40,782 bases of DNA, taken from IMG/VR virus record IMGVR_UViG_3300017700_000448, positions 1 to 40,782 of that record. One strand, written 5' to 3'. The DNA is from a virus. Its lineage: Duplodnaviria > Caudoviricetes. This document shows, in pieces, positions 18,099-27,290 of this stretch (position 1 is the stretch's first letter; each line of letters opens with the position of its first letter). The translations under genes and the position numbers were made by a program. The notes beneath the pieces were generated by a model. The model saw only the letters and a list, made by a program, of their open reading frames with translations, had not been told where the DNA came from and did no database searches.

Positions 18099-18223
18099 GG
18101 GGGGCCTCGTGGGGCTATGGGGTCAGGGAGCGGCTCCGTGGGGGTCGGGAGCGGCCCGGCGGGTGTGGGGGCTATGTAGGCACCCCGTGGCCCGCTAGGC
18201 CGCTCCCGTGGCCCCGGAGAGCC

Positions 18224-18652
18224 TTAGGCGTCGTTCCCCCGACGCTGACGCATGGCGCGAATGGCCTTCATCAGCTTCGGCTTGGTCGTGTCGTCTTCGA
18301 ACGGAACGCCCTCGGACCGCGCGAGGTCCTTGAGACGTTCCAGTCCGCCGACGCCCGCGCCGATCTGGGCGAGGTCATCGCCCTTGCCGCCGCTCGCCTT
18401 GGGAGCCGCCTCGCCCTGGAAGGCGAAGTGGTTGTGGCCCCGCAGCTTGCGGAGGACGTTTTCGTCGGTGATGGCGACGAACTCGCCCTTGGGGAATTCC
18501 TCGCCGAACATGGTCATGCTCGACGGGCCGGAGAAGTCGTCGTTGGGGTCGCCCACGAACTTCACCATGGTCGCGCCTTCCGGCGCTTCGACGGTCTGTT
18601 CGGCGGCGTCCTCGACGATTTCGTCTTCGGGCTTTTCGGTTTCGTCCGTCAT
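18224..18652 (-). CDS. hypothetical protein with a C-terminal HeH/LEM-like helix pair
   Basis: KLRGHNHF, and LKDLARSEGVPFEDDTTKPKLMKAI at the C-terminus. Confidence 0.6.
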   Translation of the reverse strand: MTDETEKPEDEIVEDAAEQTVEAPEGATMVKFVGDPNDDFSGPSSMTMFGEEFPKGEFVAITDENVLRKLRGHNHFAFQGEAAPKASGGKGDDLAQIGAGVGGLERLKDLARSEGVPFEDDTTKPKLMKAIRAMRQRRGNDA

Positions 18653-18713
18653 GTCCTGACGTCCTGTTGCGGTTCAGCGGCCCTTACGGGTGGCTGGCCC
18701 CGAGGGGCTGGGT

Positions 18714-19205
18714 TCAGCTGTTCGCGAAGAACGGCAGGAGATAGGTCACGAGAACCGTGATGGTTCCGGTGCCCCCGGCGGCGGCGACGGCGTTGACCGT
18801 GCCGACGACCTTGGTGTCGCCCAGCAGTTGCGGCTGGACGGGGAACGGCCCGTTGAAGCGACGGATTTCCGCCCCGTTGGTCAGGGGCGGGGTGGCCGCA
18901 TCGCCCGTCAGAACCCCGGCGTTCGAGAAGTAGTCGAGGTCGGCGGCTCCGCCGAAATCGTTGGCCTCGATGCCGATGTCCATGTCGAACGTTTCGGTGC
19001 CGGTGTCGATGTCGCTGATGGCCAGATAGCCATCGACGGGAACCGCCCCGGCGGGCAGGGTGAAGAACTCGTAGGTGTCCCCCACTTCGGGGACCTCCGA
19101 CAAGGTCATCGTGACGTACTGCGCGAGCAGAACGCCGCCGCCCACATAGGACGGCACAGGAGCGGGAGGCGAAGCCTTGACGCTCTTGAAGCGAGAAGCG
19201 GCCAT
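18714..19205 (-). CDS. probable capsid decoration protein
   Basis: Beta-rich 163 aa protein (LPAGAV...GTITVLVTY) immediately after the major capsid gene. Confidence 0.6.
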   Translation of the reverse strand: MAASRFKSVKASPPAPVPSYVGGGVLLAQYVTMTLSEVPEVGDTYEFFTLPAGAVPVDGYLAISDIDTGTETFDMDIGIEANDFGGAADLDYFSNAGVLTGDAATPPLTNGAEIRRFNGPFPVQPQLLGDTKVVGTVNAVAAAGGTGTITVLVTYLLPFFANS

Positions 19206-19279
19206 TGCTGGTCCGTACCTTTCTTGCGGCGGGGGGAGGACTAAGCCTCCCCCGGCCAGTGGGTTTCAGACGCCTGGAA

Positions 19280-20416
19280 TTAGGCGTCCGGAGCGGCGGC
19301 GGTGTAAACCGTCACGCAGCCGTGTTGCTTGCCGCGGAAGAAAATCTTCTCGACGCCGAGAAGCTCTTCGATGGCGACGCCGGGACGGAACTTGTAGTCC
19401 TTGTCCCGGTCCGTCTGCGGGGTCGGCATTTGACCCCACGCGACGGCGACGGCCTGCGCGCCGCAGAGCATGTTGACGGCGACGTCGATGCCCGCGTTGC
19501 CGACCCCGGCCAGGACCGGCATTTCCTCGATTTCCCGGTAGATGACGCCGCGATACAGCAGGTCACCGTCCTGGAAGATCGGGTTGCTCTCGACCGAACG
19601 GGGCCGAGCGTCCCGGTTGGCGGCGGTCATCACCGGGTCCTGCTCCAGATCGCGGAAGGCGCGACTGTTGCAGAACATGACGAACCACTCGTTGCCGTCC
19701 TTGGTCTTGTAGGGACGGACGTTCGGAGCGGCCCCCTTCGCCATGCGCTTGGCGAGGTTGCCGACCGCGACGGTCAGCTTGTCGTCGGTGGCGTCGACCG
19801 TGGCCAGAGCCGCCGAATGGTCGCCCGCCGAGTAGTTGGCGCGCAGCTTGCCGAACAGGACCCGGTCGCGGTTGTTGACCAGCCACGCGTCCTTGTCGGC
19901 TTCGGAGGCGATGTAGTTGCCGGCGGTGATTTCGTAGCCGCCGTTGTCGGACTGCGTGGCCACGCCGTAGCGGATGGGCGTGTTCGTCGCGGCCGACGGG
20001 ATGACCGACAGGAAGGCCTCGATGATGTCGTCGCGCAGACGCTCGGCCTCCCATTCCTTCAGCATGTCGCGGGCGGCATCCAGAAGGTTGATCTCGGTCT
20101 TGTAGGACGTCGACTTCGGGATACGAACCCCGTGACGCCGCCAGTCGACCGAAATCGGGAAGTTGTAGTTGCCCAGCTGCTCTTCGTTGCCGTCGAGAAC
20201 CTGGGAGCCGGAAACGCCGGCGCCGACGAGTTTGGTGATCAGCGGGATGTTGATGGTCTTGCCCGCCTCCTCCTGCAACTCGTACTTGGTGATGATGATG
20301 TTGGTCGGTCCCTTCCCCATGTAGGGGCGGAACTTGGACCCGCGCACATACTCCGAGAAGTAGGACTTGACCCACTTCGACTTTTCGGAGGCGGTGGCGA
20401 GAACGGTTTCGGCCAT
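19280..20416 (-). CDS. major capsid protein, N4-gp56/DUF4043-like
   Basis: GKTINIPLITKLVGAGVSG...LDGNEEQL, DLEQDP, NPIFQDG, CGAQAVAVAWG. Follows the scaffold gene. Confidence 0.88.
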   Translation of the reverse strand: MAETVLATASEKSKWVKSYFSEYVRGSKFRPYMGKGPTNIIITKYELQEEAGKTINIPLITKLVGAGVSGSQVLDGNEEQLGNYNFPISVDWRRHGVRIPKSTSYKTEINLLDAARDMLKEWEAERLRDDIIEAFLSVIPSAATNTPIRYGVATQSDNGGYEITAGNYIASEADKDAWLVNNRDRVLFGKLRANYSAGDHSAALATVDATDDKLTVAVGNLAKRMAKGAAPNVRPYKTKDGNEWFVMFCNSRAFRDLEQDPVMTAANRDARPRSVESNPIFQDGDLLYRGVIYREIEEMPVLAGVGNAGIDVAVNMLCGAQAVAVAWGQMPTPQTDRDKDYKFRPGVAIEELLGVEKIFFRGKQHGCVTVYTAAAPDA

Positions 20417-20436
20417 CGTAGTCCTCTTTCTGACCG

Positions 20437-21318
20437 CTAGCGGTCGAACTCGGAAGCGAACGGGTCAACGACGAGGTCATCGCCTTTGGGTCCCGACGCC
20501 GACGACCGTTGCGCGAGGCTCTGCGGTCGTGCGGGCTTCTCTTCCTGCTGTTGCTGGGACGCCGGTTTCCCGGCGGGTTTGCCGTCGCCGCCCTCTTGAG
20601 CGGCTTTCCACGCCAGAAACTTCTGATACTCGGGGTCGTCCGAGCCAGCGCCGCCGCCCTGGGGGGCTTCCTGCGCCTTCTTGAACAGACTGACCGCGTG
20701 ATCATAGGGATGGGCGTGTGCGAAGAGGGTCTTCGCGAACTGCTCGCCGGTCTTGGGGTCCTCCATCTGGGCGTTCGCCCATTCGAAGGCTTCCGTGACT
20801 ACGTCATCCCCGTGTTCCTTCCGGGCCTCGTACTCCGAGAAGTTGAGGCGATCGTTCAGCTGGACCGCGAGGGTCTGCTGTTGAAGGTAGCGGGCATGTT
20901 CGGCGGGCTGGGTCTTGGGGTCCGGGATTGCCGCTTTGGCGATTTCGGCGTCTTCCGCGCCAAGGCGATCTTCAATGCGCTTGAGGCGCTGTTGAGTCTC
21001 GCGGAGCCGACGCTTGGTGCTTTCCAGAGCCGCCTTCGGGACCATGGGCTGGTCCTTTTTGGCCGCATCCTTGGCGTCCTTGTCGTCGCCACCTTCCTTG
21101 TCAGCGTCGGCGGCGTCCTTCGCCCCCTTGTCGCCTTGGTCGTCCTTGTCGGCGCTGCCGTCGTCGTCCCCGTCCTTCGAGGCGTCGTCGGCATCCGGCG
21201 GGGTCTTGTCGTCCGCACCTTCGCCCTGCTTGTCCGGGGTCTTCCCGGCATCGGCAGCTTCATCGGTGTCGGCGGTTTCACCCACCAAATCGTCGAAATC
21301 CGTGTCCCGTTCGCTCAT
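20437..21318 (-). CDS. scaffolding protein
   Basis: Acidic low-complexity N-terminus, MVPKAAL plus coiled coil, located between portal and capsid genes. Confidence 0.75.
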   Translation of the reverse strand: MSERDTDFDDLVGETADTDEAADAGKTPDKQGEGADDKTPPDADDASKDGDDDGSADKDDQGDKGAKDAADADKEGGDDKDAKDAAKKDQPMVPKAALESTKRRLRETQQRLKRIEDRLGAEDAEIAKAAIPDPKTQPAEHARYLQQQTLAVQLNDRLNFSEYEARKEHGDDVVTEAFEWANAQMEDPKTGEQFAKTLFAHAHPYDHAVSLFKKAQEAPQGGGAGSDDPEYQKFLAWKAAQEGGDGKPAGKPASQQQQEEKPARPQSLAQRSSASGPKGDDLVVDPFASEFDR

Positions 21319-21384
21319 CTACTCTCTCCTCTGCCCGTAACGGCGGCATCCCGAACGCCCGAACCCCGGCGGCAGGTGGTCCCT

Positions 21385-23430
21385 TTATTCGGTGGAACCG
21401 TCCGAAGCGCCCGGTTGTCCCCCGGCGGCGGGGTCGGCAGGTCGAGGGGTGGAGAGGATGTCGTTCGTAGTCTTGGCCCCCTCCATGTTGACCCTCGTTG
21501 CCTCGGCGTCGATGCCCGCGAGCGTTTTGTCCGCTTGCACCGCCGTCCGAATTTCTCCTTGCTCTGCCCCGGCGATGGCGGCGTGTGCCTTTGCCCGGTT
21601 GAGTTCGGCCTGGGAAACCATCTCCTCGACGGTGGCTCGGAGTTCCACCATCATGATTTCCTTCTGCTCCTCCGCTTGCGCCTTCGCGGCCTCGGCTTGG
21701 GCCTCCTTGTGCTTCTGGATTTTCTTGAGCAACTCCCGCTTGCGGGGGAGGTTGGTCATTTCCAGGAAGATTTCGAAGGGGACCTCGTCGGCGTAGCGAG
21801 GATTGCTCGCCACCATGGACCGGAGTTCCGTGAGTTGCTCCGCCATGATCGTTGCCGTTTCCGGCGTCGTGTCGATCATGATGTCGATGTCCATTTCGGC
21901 GATCTGGTTGTCGAAACCGAATTCGTCTCCTTCCCCGAGTTGGCGCATGACCGGCTGGCCGGTAGCCTCATCAAGCACCGGCTGACCCGCTTCGTCAAGC
22001 TGTGGCGCTTCCGTGATCGGAGCGTTCAGGCGGACGTAACGCGGGTCCTCCATGTCGTCGGTGAGGCGAATCCACATCGGCTCGGTCCAGTCTTGCTTGG
22101 CCCGATACCAGATTTGGTTGTAGATGCGCAGCTTGAAGTCCTCGAACTGGTCCAGAACGATCGAGAGTTCGATCAGACCGGCTTGCTGGCGGGCCAACAT
22201 CGCGCGCCCCGAAGTGTCGGCCCCCTGACGGCCCAGCATGGCGGGGTTCGGGGAGAACCGCTCCATTTCGTTCTTGGCCTCGTTCAGGAGCATCATGTTC
22301 CCGGCGGACTTGTCCGCGCCGGGGACTTTGCCCCACCCGTACGGGAGGACGCCGTCCGGTCGGGCCGCTTCCTTCCGGGCCTCTTCCGCGTCGACCTCGA
22401 TGGCCGAGGGGTCGGTGGCCTGGATTTGGCTCGACGAGATTTCCCACAGCGCCTTCGACCGGCGCTTGTTGATTTCGTCCTGCAGGTCCCGCAGATCGGA
22501 GCCGTAGCCGATACGGTTGTTGTCCTTGTCGACGTAGCAGGACTGCGCCACGATGGGGTTGCAGGGCTTGCCCTTGTCGTCGAGGTAGGGGCTGACCTCT
22601 TCGGTGATGATGCCGCCTTCCCAATAGACGCAGCGGTACCATTCCCGGCCGCACTTCTCGTAGATTTCGACGACCTGAACGCGCTTGTTCTCGGTGTCAA
22701 TCCAGCCTTGGTCGATGGGCCGGTCGTCGAACGTGTCGTCCGAGCCGTTGCCAGTCCTTCCCGACACCCCGCCGCCGTCGAACGTGGCGTCGATGGCCTG
22801 TTGGTGGATGGCGTCCTCCGGGGCGAGGTCCTTGACTTCGTCGGCGTACATCCACTTGGCGATGCCCAGATAGCGCGCGTCCTTGAAGTCCGGGCGCTTC
22901 GAGCGGGGGTCGTAGAAGAACTCCTCCCACGGGATGGTGACGAGGTCGATGTCACCCTTCTCGGCCCCAAGCGCAACCAGCATGGCGCAGGTGCCGCCCA
23001 GCAGGTTGTCTTTCAGCAGGTACTTCTCTTCAAACTTGAAGCGGTTAACCTGCGTGACGTAGCGAAGGCAGTCGGTCGCGACGTCGGCGCTGTTGCTGTC
23101 GCCGGGGGTCCGGCCAAGGGCGCGAGGGTCGGCCCGGCTGTGATCGTTCACGCCGATGATGCCGTTGATCGCGACCTTGAACCGGTTGATGATGATGTCC
23201 GGTTGGCCCCGGTCCTTGAGGGCCTGACGTTCCGTCGGCGTCAGCTGGTCCGCATCGTAGTAGGAGTAGTTCAACTCCTGCTTCTTGCGGTTGTCCTGCG
23301 CGACGTTTTGGAAGTCCTTGAAGCGCTGCTTCCACTGTTCCAGCGTCTTCTTGTACTTCTTCGGCTCCGTCGGAGCTTCCGTCGCCACTTCGGCGGGCGG
23401 GGTGTCGAAGAGTTCTTCTGCGTCGGCCAT
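21385..23430 (-). CDS. portal protein, P22-like
   Basis: DRGQPDIIINR, FFYDPRS..DFKDARY, LRDLQDEINKRRSK, SGRAMLARQQAG, C-terminal coiled-coil barrel. Confidence 0.92.
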   Translation of the reverse strand: MADAEELFDTPPAEVATEAPTEPKKYKKTLEQWKQRFKDFQNVAQDNRKKQELNYSYYDADQLTPTERQALKDRGQPDIIINRFKVAINGIIGVNDHSRADPRALGRTPGDSNSADVATDCLRYVTQVNRFKFEEKYLLKDNLLGGTCAMLVALGAEKGDIDLVTIPWEEFFYDPRSKRPDFKDARYLGIAKWMYADEVKDLAPEDAIHQQAIDATFDGGGVSGRTGNGSDDTFDDRPIDQGWIDTENKRVQVVEIYEKCGREWYRCVYWEGGIITEEVSPYLDDKGKPCNPIVAQSCYVDKDNNRIGYGSDLRDLQDEINKRRSKALWEISSSQIQATDPSAIEVDAEEARKEAARPDGVLPYGWGKVPGADKSAGNMMLLNEAKNEMERFSPNPAMLGRQGADTSGRAMLARQQAGLIELSIVLDQFEDFKLRIYNQIWYRAKQDWTEPMWIRLTDDMEDPRYVRLNAPITEAPQLDEAGQPVLDEATGQPVMRQLGEGDEFGFDNQIAEMDIDIMIDTTPETATIMAEQLTELRSMVASNPRYADEVPFEIFLEMTNLPRKRELLKKIQKHKEAQAEAAKAQAEEQKEIMMVELRATVEEMVSQAELNRAKAHAAIAGAEQGEIRTAVQADKTLAGIDAEATRVNMEGAKTTNDILSTPRPADPAAGGQPGASDGSTE

Positions 23431-24896
23431 CAGAGTACCTTCCAGCCCTTCGAGGCTTGCTTGGATTTCTTGAAGATAGCGGCCCAGCGGTCATCTGCCG
23501 GGGGTTTCTTTTCTTCCGCAGCCTTACCGGCGCGGATTTTGGCGTTGATGGCCAGTTCGCCCATGCTGTCGGCGGCGTGGCTGTCTTCGTTGTGGAGCGG
23601 GCCGGTGAAGACCCCGAGCGCTTGGTTCCAGCGCTTCCGGTAGGATTTCAGGTGGTCCGTGCCAACCTTCGTGCGTTCGTCATGGAAGCGCAGGAACGGG
23701 ATGACCCGGCGGACGGCGTTGATGCGCTCCTCCGGGTCGCGGGGAACGCCCACCCGGATGGTGCCGAGGCCCAGCTTGTGGAGGGTCGACTTCCGGGTCT
23801 GACCGCCCGCGCCGATTTCCCGCACCATGACGTCGTGCGGAAGGTAGTGCATCCCGTACTTGTAGTGGATGGCCCGCTCGTTCTTGAAGGCCTCCTGAAC
23901 GATGATGTCCAGCCCGACGTCCGACGTTTCGTAGTAGTCGATGACGTTGATGTAGGTTCCGAACCGCTGGAAGAACCAGATCGTCGTGTAATCGTCGATA
24001 CCCAAGTCCCACGCGGTGTCGACCAGAATGTTGGGGTCGTGCGGGAAGTGACCGAACCGGCCCGCCGTTTGGGCGATCTGCAGTTCGGCGGCGTAATAGG
24101 CACCGGGCACCGCACTGTCGAAGTCGACCAGATATTCGGAACAGAACTTGGCCAGCCCTTCCAGATGGCTTCCCGCCTCTTCCACCAGTTCGGTGAGTTC
24201 CTGCAGCAGCTGTTCTGGCGTGAACACGCTGGTGACCATCGGGCAAAGGGGCGAGGAGAGGGCTTTGACTGCAGCCGCATAACTCGTGGCGTCGATGGTC
24301 GCGGCGGGGATGCGGGCCGTGTACCAGTTGGGGTCCTTCTCCCTCGCCTCGAAGGCGCGGGTGGCGTGGTTCCGGCCACGGGGCGTCCAGATGAAGATGG
24401 CGGTGCCACCGTTCTCCAGAAGAATGGGTCGGATATAGGCCCAAGCGTCGGGCTTCGCCAGCGACCACTCGGAGAACACCACCCCGATCGGCGGCGAACC
24501 GACGTAGTTGTCGTAGTTGTCGGAACCAAGAACCTGCCACGTGGAGCCGTTCTTCATTACGATCATCATTTCTTGGTCGCGGGTCGCGGCGCGCAGTTCC
24601 TTCGGGAACGCTTCATCGATGCGCCGCTTGCCGGTGCGGGGGTTCACCGCGTCCCAGATCGCCTTGCGGGCTTGGGATGCCTGGGGAAGCATGTGCCAGT
24701 AGGTGCCGACCTTCTTGTGCATCGCCGTCGCGGCCCAATGCAGCGAAATATCGTCCTTACCGAAACGTCGGTGCGCCACAACGTCGCAGCGCTTCCCGCC
24801 GCCCTCCAGATACGCCCAAATCCCCATTTGGTCGGGGCGGGGCCGCCAGTTGTTCCCCGGCAGCGTGATGTTGCGCTTCATCACAGCGGTGTTCAT
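23430..24896 (-). CDS. terL: terminase large subunit
   Basis: AHRRFGKD Walker A, VVFSE Walker B, WTPRG, AWDLG nuclease motif, SHAAD. Confidence 0.95.
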   Translation of the reverse strand: MNTAVMKRNITLPGNNWRPRPDQMGIWAYLEGGGKRCDVVAHRRFGKDDISLHWAATAMHKKVGTYWHMLPQASQARKAIWDAVNPRTGKRRIDEAFPKELRAATRDQEMMIVMKNGSTWQVLGSDNYDNYVGSPPIGVVFSEWSLAKPDAWAYIRPILLENGGTAIFIWTPRGRNHATRAFEAREKDPNWYTARIPAATIDATSYAAAVKALSSPLCPMVTSVFTPEQLLQELTELVEEAGSHLEGLAKFCSEYLVDFDSAVPGAYYAAELQIAQTAGRFGHFPHDPNILVDTAWDLGIDDYTTIWFFQRFGTYINVIDYYETSDVGLDIIVQEAFKNERAIHYKYGMHYLPHDVMVREIGAGGQTRKSTLHKLGLGTIRVGVPRDPEERINAVRRVIPFLRFHDERTKVGTDHLKSYRKRWNQALGVFTGPLHNEDSHAADSMGELAINAKIRAGKAAEEKKPPADDRWAAIFKKSKQASKGWKVL

Positions 24897-25312
24897 TGGC
24901 CTTCACCCTCGATTTCGGCGAAGGTGGTGATCGTCACGGTGATGTCGCCATTGGCCCCCATCGACCCGGTGGCCGTGTTCCAGCCCCGACGCTTCCCGAG
25001 GGTCTGCAGCACGAACCGTTCCGCGTTGGGGTCCGCCCCGGACTTGGCCCGGCGCATCTGGTTCGTCTCCGCGATGTCGACCACTTCCTCCCGCATGTCT
25101 GACAGGAGGTTGATCAGGTCGGGCGAACGGTCGATGCGTTCTTGAAGCTTCGTGCGCGAGAGGTCGAGGGAGCGGGCTGCTGCCGCCACGTTTCCATCGG
25201 CCTCAACCAAGGCATCCCAGATTTGTCCCGCCGTGATACGCGGCTGGTTGTACATGTCGTGGGCCGGAAGGACCTCACCGACCAGCGGGTATTGGGACGG
25301 GTCACCGCTCAT
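24893..25312 (-). CDS. terS: terminase small subunit
   Basis: N-terminal HTH (GNVAAAARSLDLSR), FVLQTLGKRRGW, overlaps the terL start. Confidence 0.75.
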   Translation of the reverse strand: MSGDPSQYPLVGEVLPAHDMYNQPRITAGQIWDALVEADGNVAAAARSLDLSRTKLQERIDRSPDLINLLSDMREEVVDIAETNQMRRAKSGADPNAERFVLQTLGKRRGWNTATGSMGANGDITVTITTFAEIEGEGQ

Positions 25313-25572
25313 TCGTATCGGGCCAGAATTCGGGCGCGTTCGGCGGCGGAAAGCGGGCGGGCGGGCCTTGCAGCGGCGGCGCGGGCGACGGCCTCTTGAC
25401 CGGCACGGGCGCGGTTTGCGCGGGCCTGTTCCTGGGCTTGCTGCTCCGTGTACGAGCGGGTTGCGGGACGCGCGGGCGCGGGTTGTGTCTGTCTCGTCGG
25501 CGCAGTCCTGTTCATGCGACCCCCGAAGGCGTCACCGACGAACCTGCCGAACCATCCGTTTTGCTGCGTCAT
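25309..25572 (-). CDS. small basic Arg/Ala/Gln-rich protein, first gene of the late operon, probably leaderless
   Basis: ATG 25572 lies 7 nt after a -10 box, and its stop overlaps the terS start. Confidence 0.55.
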   Translation of the reverse strand: MTQQNGWFGRFVGDAFGGRMNRTAPTRQTQPAPARPATRSYTEQQAQEQARANRARAGQEAVARAAAARPARPLSAAERARILARYE

Positions 25573-25579
25573 GGGGGTA

Positions 25580-25608
25580 AGGGTAGCAGGGTCCTTGGGT
25601 CCCGTCAA
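25580..25608 (-). promoter_or_regulatory. promoter for the packaging/structural operon
   Basis: Minus strand TTGACG-N17-TACCCT with TGC immediately before the -10. Confidence 0.65.
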
Positions 25609-26053
25609 GCGGAACGAGGGACCCGCGTCGAAGCATGGTGGGGGATACATAGCGGTTCTCGGGTCCCGTGATAGTGCGATGCACAACCCGTAGCCCGAGC
25701 CGATCTGGGAATGGGGGATATAGGTATGCCGGGTCCCCTCCCAATCCCCCTCCGGCAACCTCCCCCTACCCCTCTTCGCGCGCTCCGGGTCCCTCCCCCT
25801 ATGTTGCACCCATACCACATCTGCGTGTGCCTGTTGCCACGTGTCGCGGAGGCCGCAACCCGCGTCCAAGCGTGGTTAACAGCTGGTTAGCGGGCTTCTT
25901 GTGGCACGAGCCTTGCTACGCGTACGCGCCCACGCGCGCAGACAAAAAGGCAGCCGAACCCCGCGCCCCGTGGCACGCTTCTTGCCTCTGCAACCCCCGT
26001 GCCAGCCCGACCCCGGGGTGGCTTCCCAGACACGCCCCCGCCGTTCACACCTC

Positions 26054-26100
26054 GTTAACCACGTTTGGGGGTTGCGGGGTTCGCCGCCCCGTGGTAGGTT
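26054..26100 (+). promoter_or_regulatory. early promoter 1 with upstream GTTAACCACG box
   Basis: GTTAACCACGTTT-GGGGG-TTGCGG-N17(ending CCGTGG)-TAGGTT, followed by an AGGAG RBS. Confidence 0.7.
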
Positions 26101-26125
26101 GGGGGTAGGAACAAGGAGACACCCG

Positions 26126-26479
26126 ATGCCCGCCCCCACCGAAGCCCACCTCGCCGCCCTCGCCGCCGACGCGGACCACGCCTACCAACACGCGCTCGCC
26201 GCCGCCCTCGCGAACCCCGCGCTGGTGTGGGTCGTGGAAGAGCACGTCGTCGGCAACGAGACGGCCCCGTCCGCCCGGCTGTTCCGCACACGGGACGCCG
26301 CGCTTCGGGTGCTGGCCGAAGAGGCCGCGTGTGCCGCCAGCGAGGCAGCCGAGGGCGGCTACCCGAACGAGGACGCGTTCGCGGACGCCGAAGCCTTCGG
26401 CGCGTGGAACGGGGGCACCGAGTGGCGGGCCGACGACGGCTCGTGGCGGACGCTCGCGCCGCAAGCCCCGACCGAGTAG
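26126..26479 (+). CDS. early hypothetical protein (Ala-rich, acidic, no Ile/Lys/internal Met)
   Basis: Promoter and AAGGAG RBS precede ATG 26126. Confidence 0.7.
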   Translation: MPAPTEAHLAALAADADHAYQHALAAALANPALVWVVEEHVVGNETAPSARLFRTRDAALRVLAEEAACAASEAAEGGYPNEDAFADAEAFGAWNGGTEWRADDGSWRTLAPQAPTE

Positions 26480-26508
26480 CCCCGCAACCCGAACCCCGGA
26501 GAACCGCC

Positions 26509-26724
26509 GTGCCCCACCCCCTGCCGACCCCCAGCAAGGACGCCGCCTTCCTCGAAGCGCTGCTCGGAACCCTGCCGCCCGAACGCCAAGCCTACGTGCG
26601 CGAGGCCGCGCTGCGTCTGTTCCTGGAAGCCGCCGCCGACAGCCTTACGGACGAAGACCGGGCGGACCACGCGAACCTAGCCGACTGGCTCCCGGAACAC
26701 GCCGAGGCGCAGGTCTGGGCCTAG
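26509..26724 (+). CDS. early hypothetical protein
   Basis: GGAG RBS plus GTG start, helical composition. Confidence 0.55.
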   Translation: MPHPLPTPSKDAAFLEALLGTLPPERQAYVREAALRLFLEAAADSLTDEDRADHANLADWLPEHAEAQVWA

Positions 26725-26763
26725 GGGGCGAAGGGGGCTGCTGCGCCACCCGGAACCCGCGCC

Positions 26764-26917
26764 CCGTGCTGCCGTGCTGGTGTGTCTCGGTCGGCACAGG
26801 CCCCGCCCGCCGCCGCCGGGGGCCGAGGGGGTGGCACCGAACGCCGCCGCTCTTTTCTGACCCCTAGGGGCCGCCGTAGGGAGAGAGAGGTGTGTCGACC
26901 GAGACACGGCTGCACGG
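26764..26917. repeat. long imperfect inverted repeat/cruciform, candidate replication origin
   Basis: 26782-26798 pairs with 26891-26907 (1 mismatch) and extends through CACGGCWGCACGG. Internal palindrome CCCCTAGGGG at 26861. Confidence 0.6.
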
Positions 26918-27146
26918 CCCGCCGCGACGGCCTCCTCGCCCCCTCGCGCTGCACACACGGCTGCACGGCCCCCTGTGCTGCTGCCCCCTCGTGCCCGTGC
27001 GTTGCGCCTAGCGCCGAGGAAGCCCCCTTCCTGCGCGGTGCCCGCGACACGGCCCCCGAGGCCCCCGGCTGCACAGACCGGCGTGTCGGCGTGTGTGCGC
27101 TGCAGCCGTGCCCGAACAGGCCGAACCGGCGCGCGGCCCGGTGCCC

Positions 27147-27219
27147 GTTAACCACGCTTCTTAACCCCGCTTGCTAACCACCCTCGTTAAGTGCGCTTGG
27201 GCCGTCGTTAACCACGCTT
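27147..27219 (+). repeat. array of 13-bp GTTAACCACGCTT-like repeats
   Basis: Copies at 27147, 27160, 27173 and 27186 (tandem) and at 27207. Confidence 0.75.
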
Positions 27220-27253
27220 GGGGGTTGCGCCGCCCGAACAGCCGTGGTACGGT
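27207..27253 (+). promoter_or_regulatory. early promoter 2
   Basis: GTTAACCACGCTT-GGGGG-TTGCGC-N17(ending CCGTGG)-TACGGT. Confidence 0.7.
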
Positions 27254-27290
27254 TGCGTATCGGGGCAAGCCGCCCCACAGGAGACAGCCG

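Noticed and set aside
20509-23643. 1044-aa plus-strand ORF and other long antisense ORFs (8831, 12766, 23457, 28365, 547)
   Set aside because: These are shadows of GC-rich, codon-biased genes on the opposite strand and have no recognisable motifs.
27147-27219. Mini CRISPR array
   Set aside because: The repeats are 13 bp, degenerate and lack spacers, and no cas genes are present.
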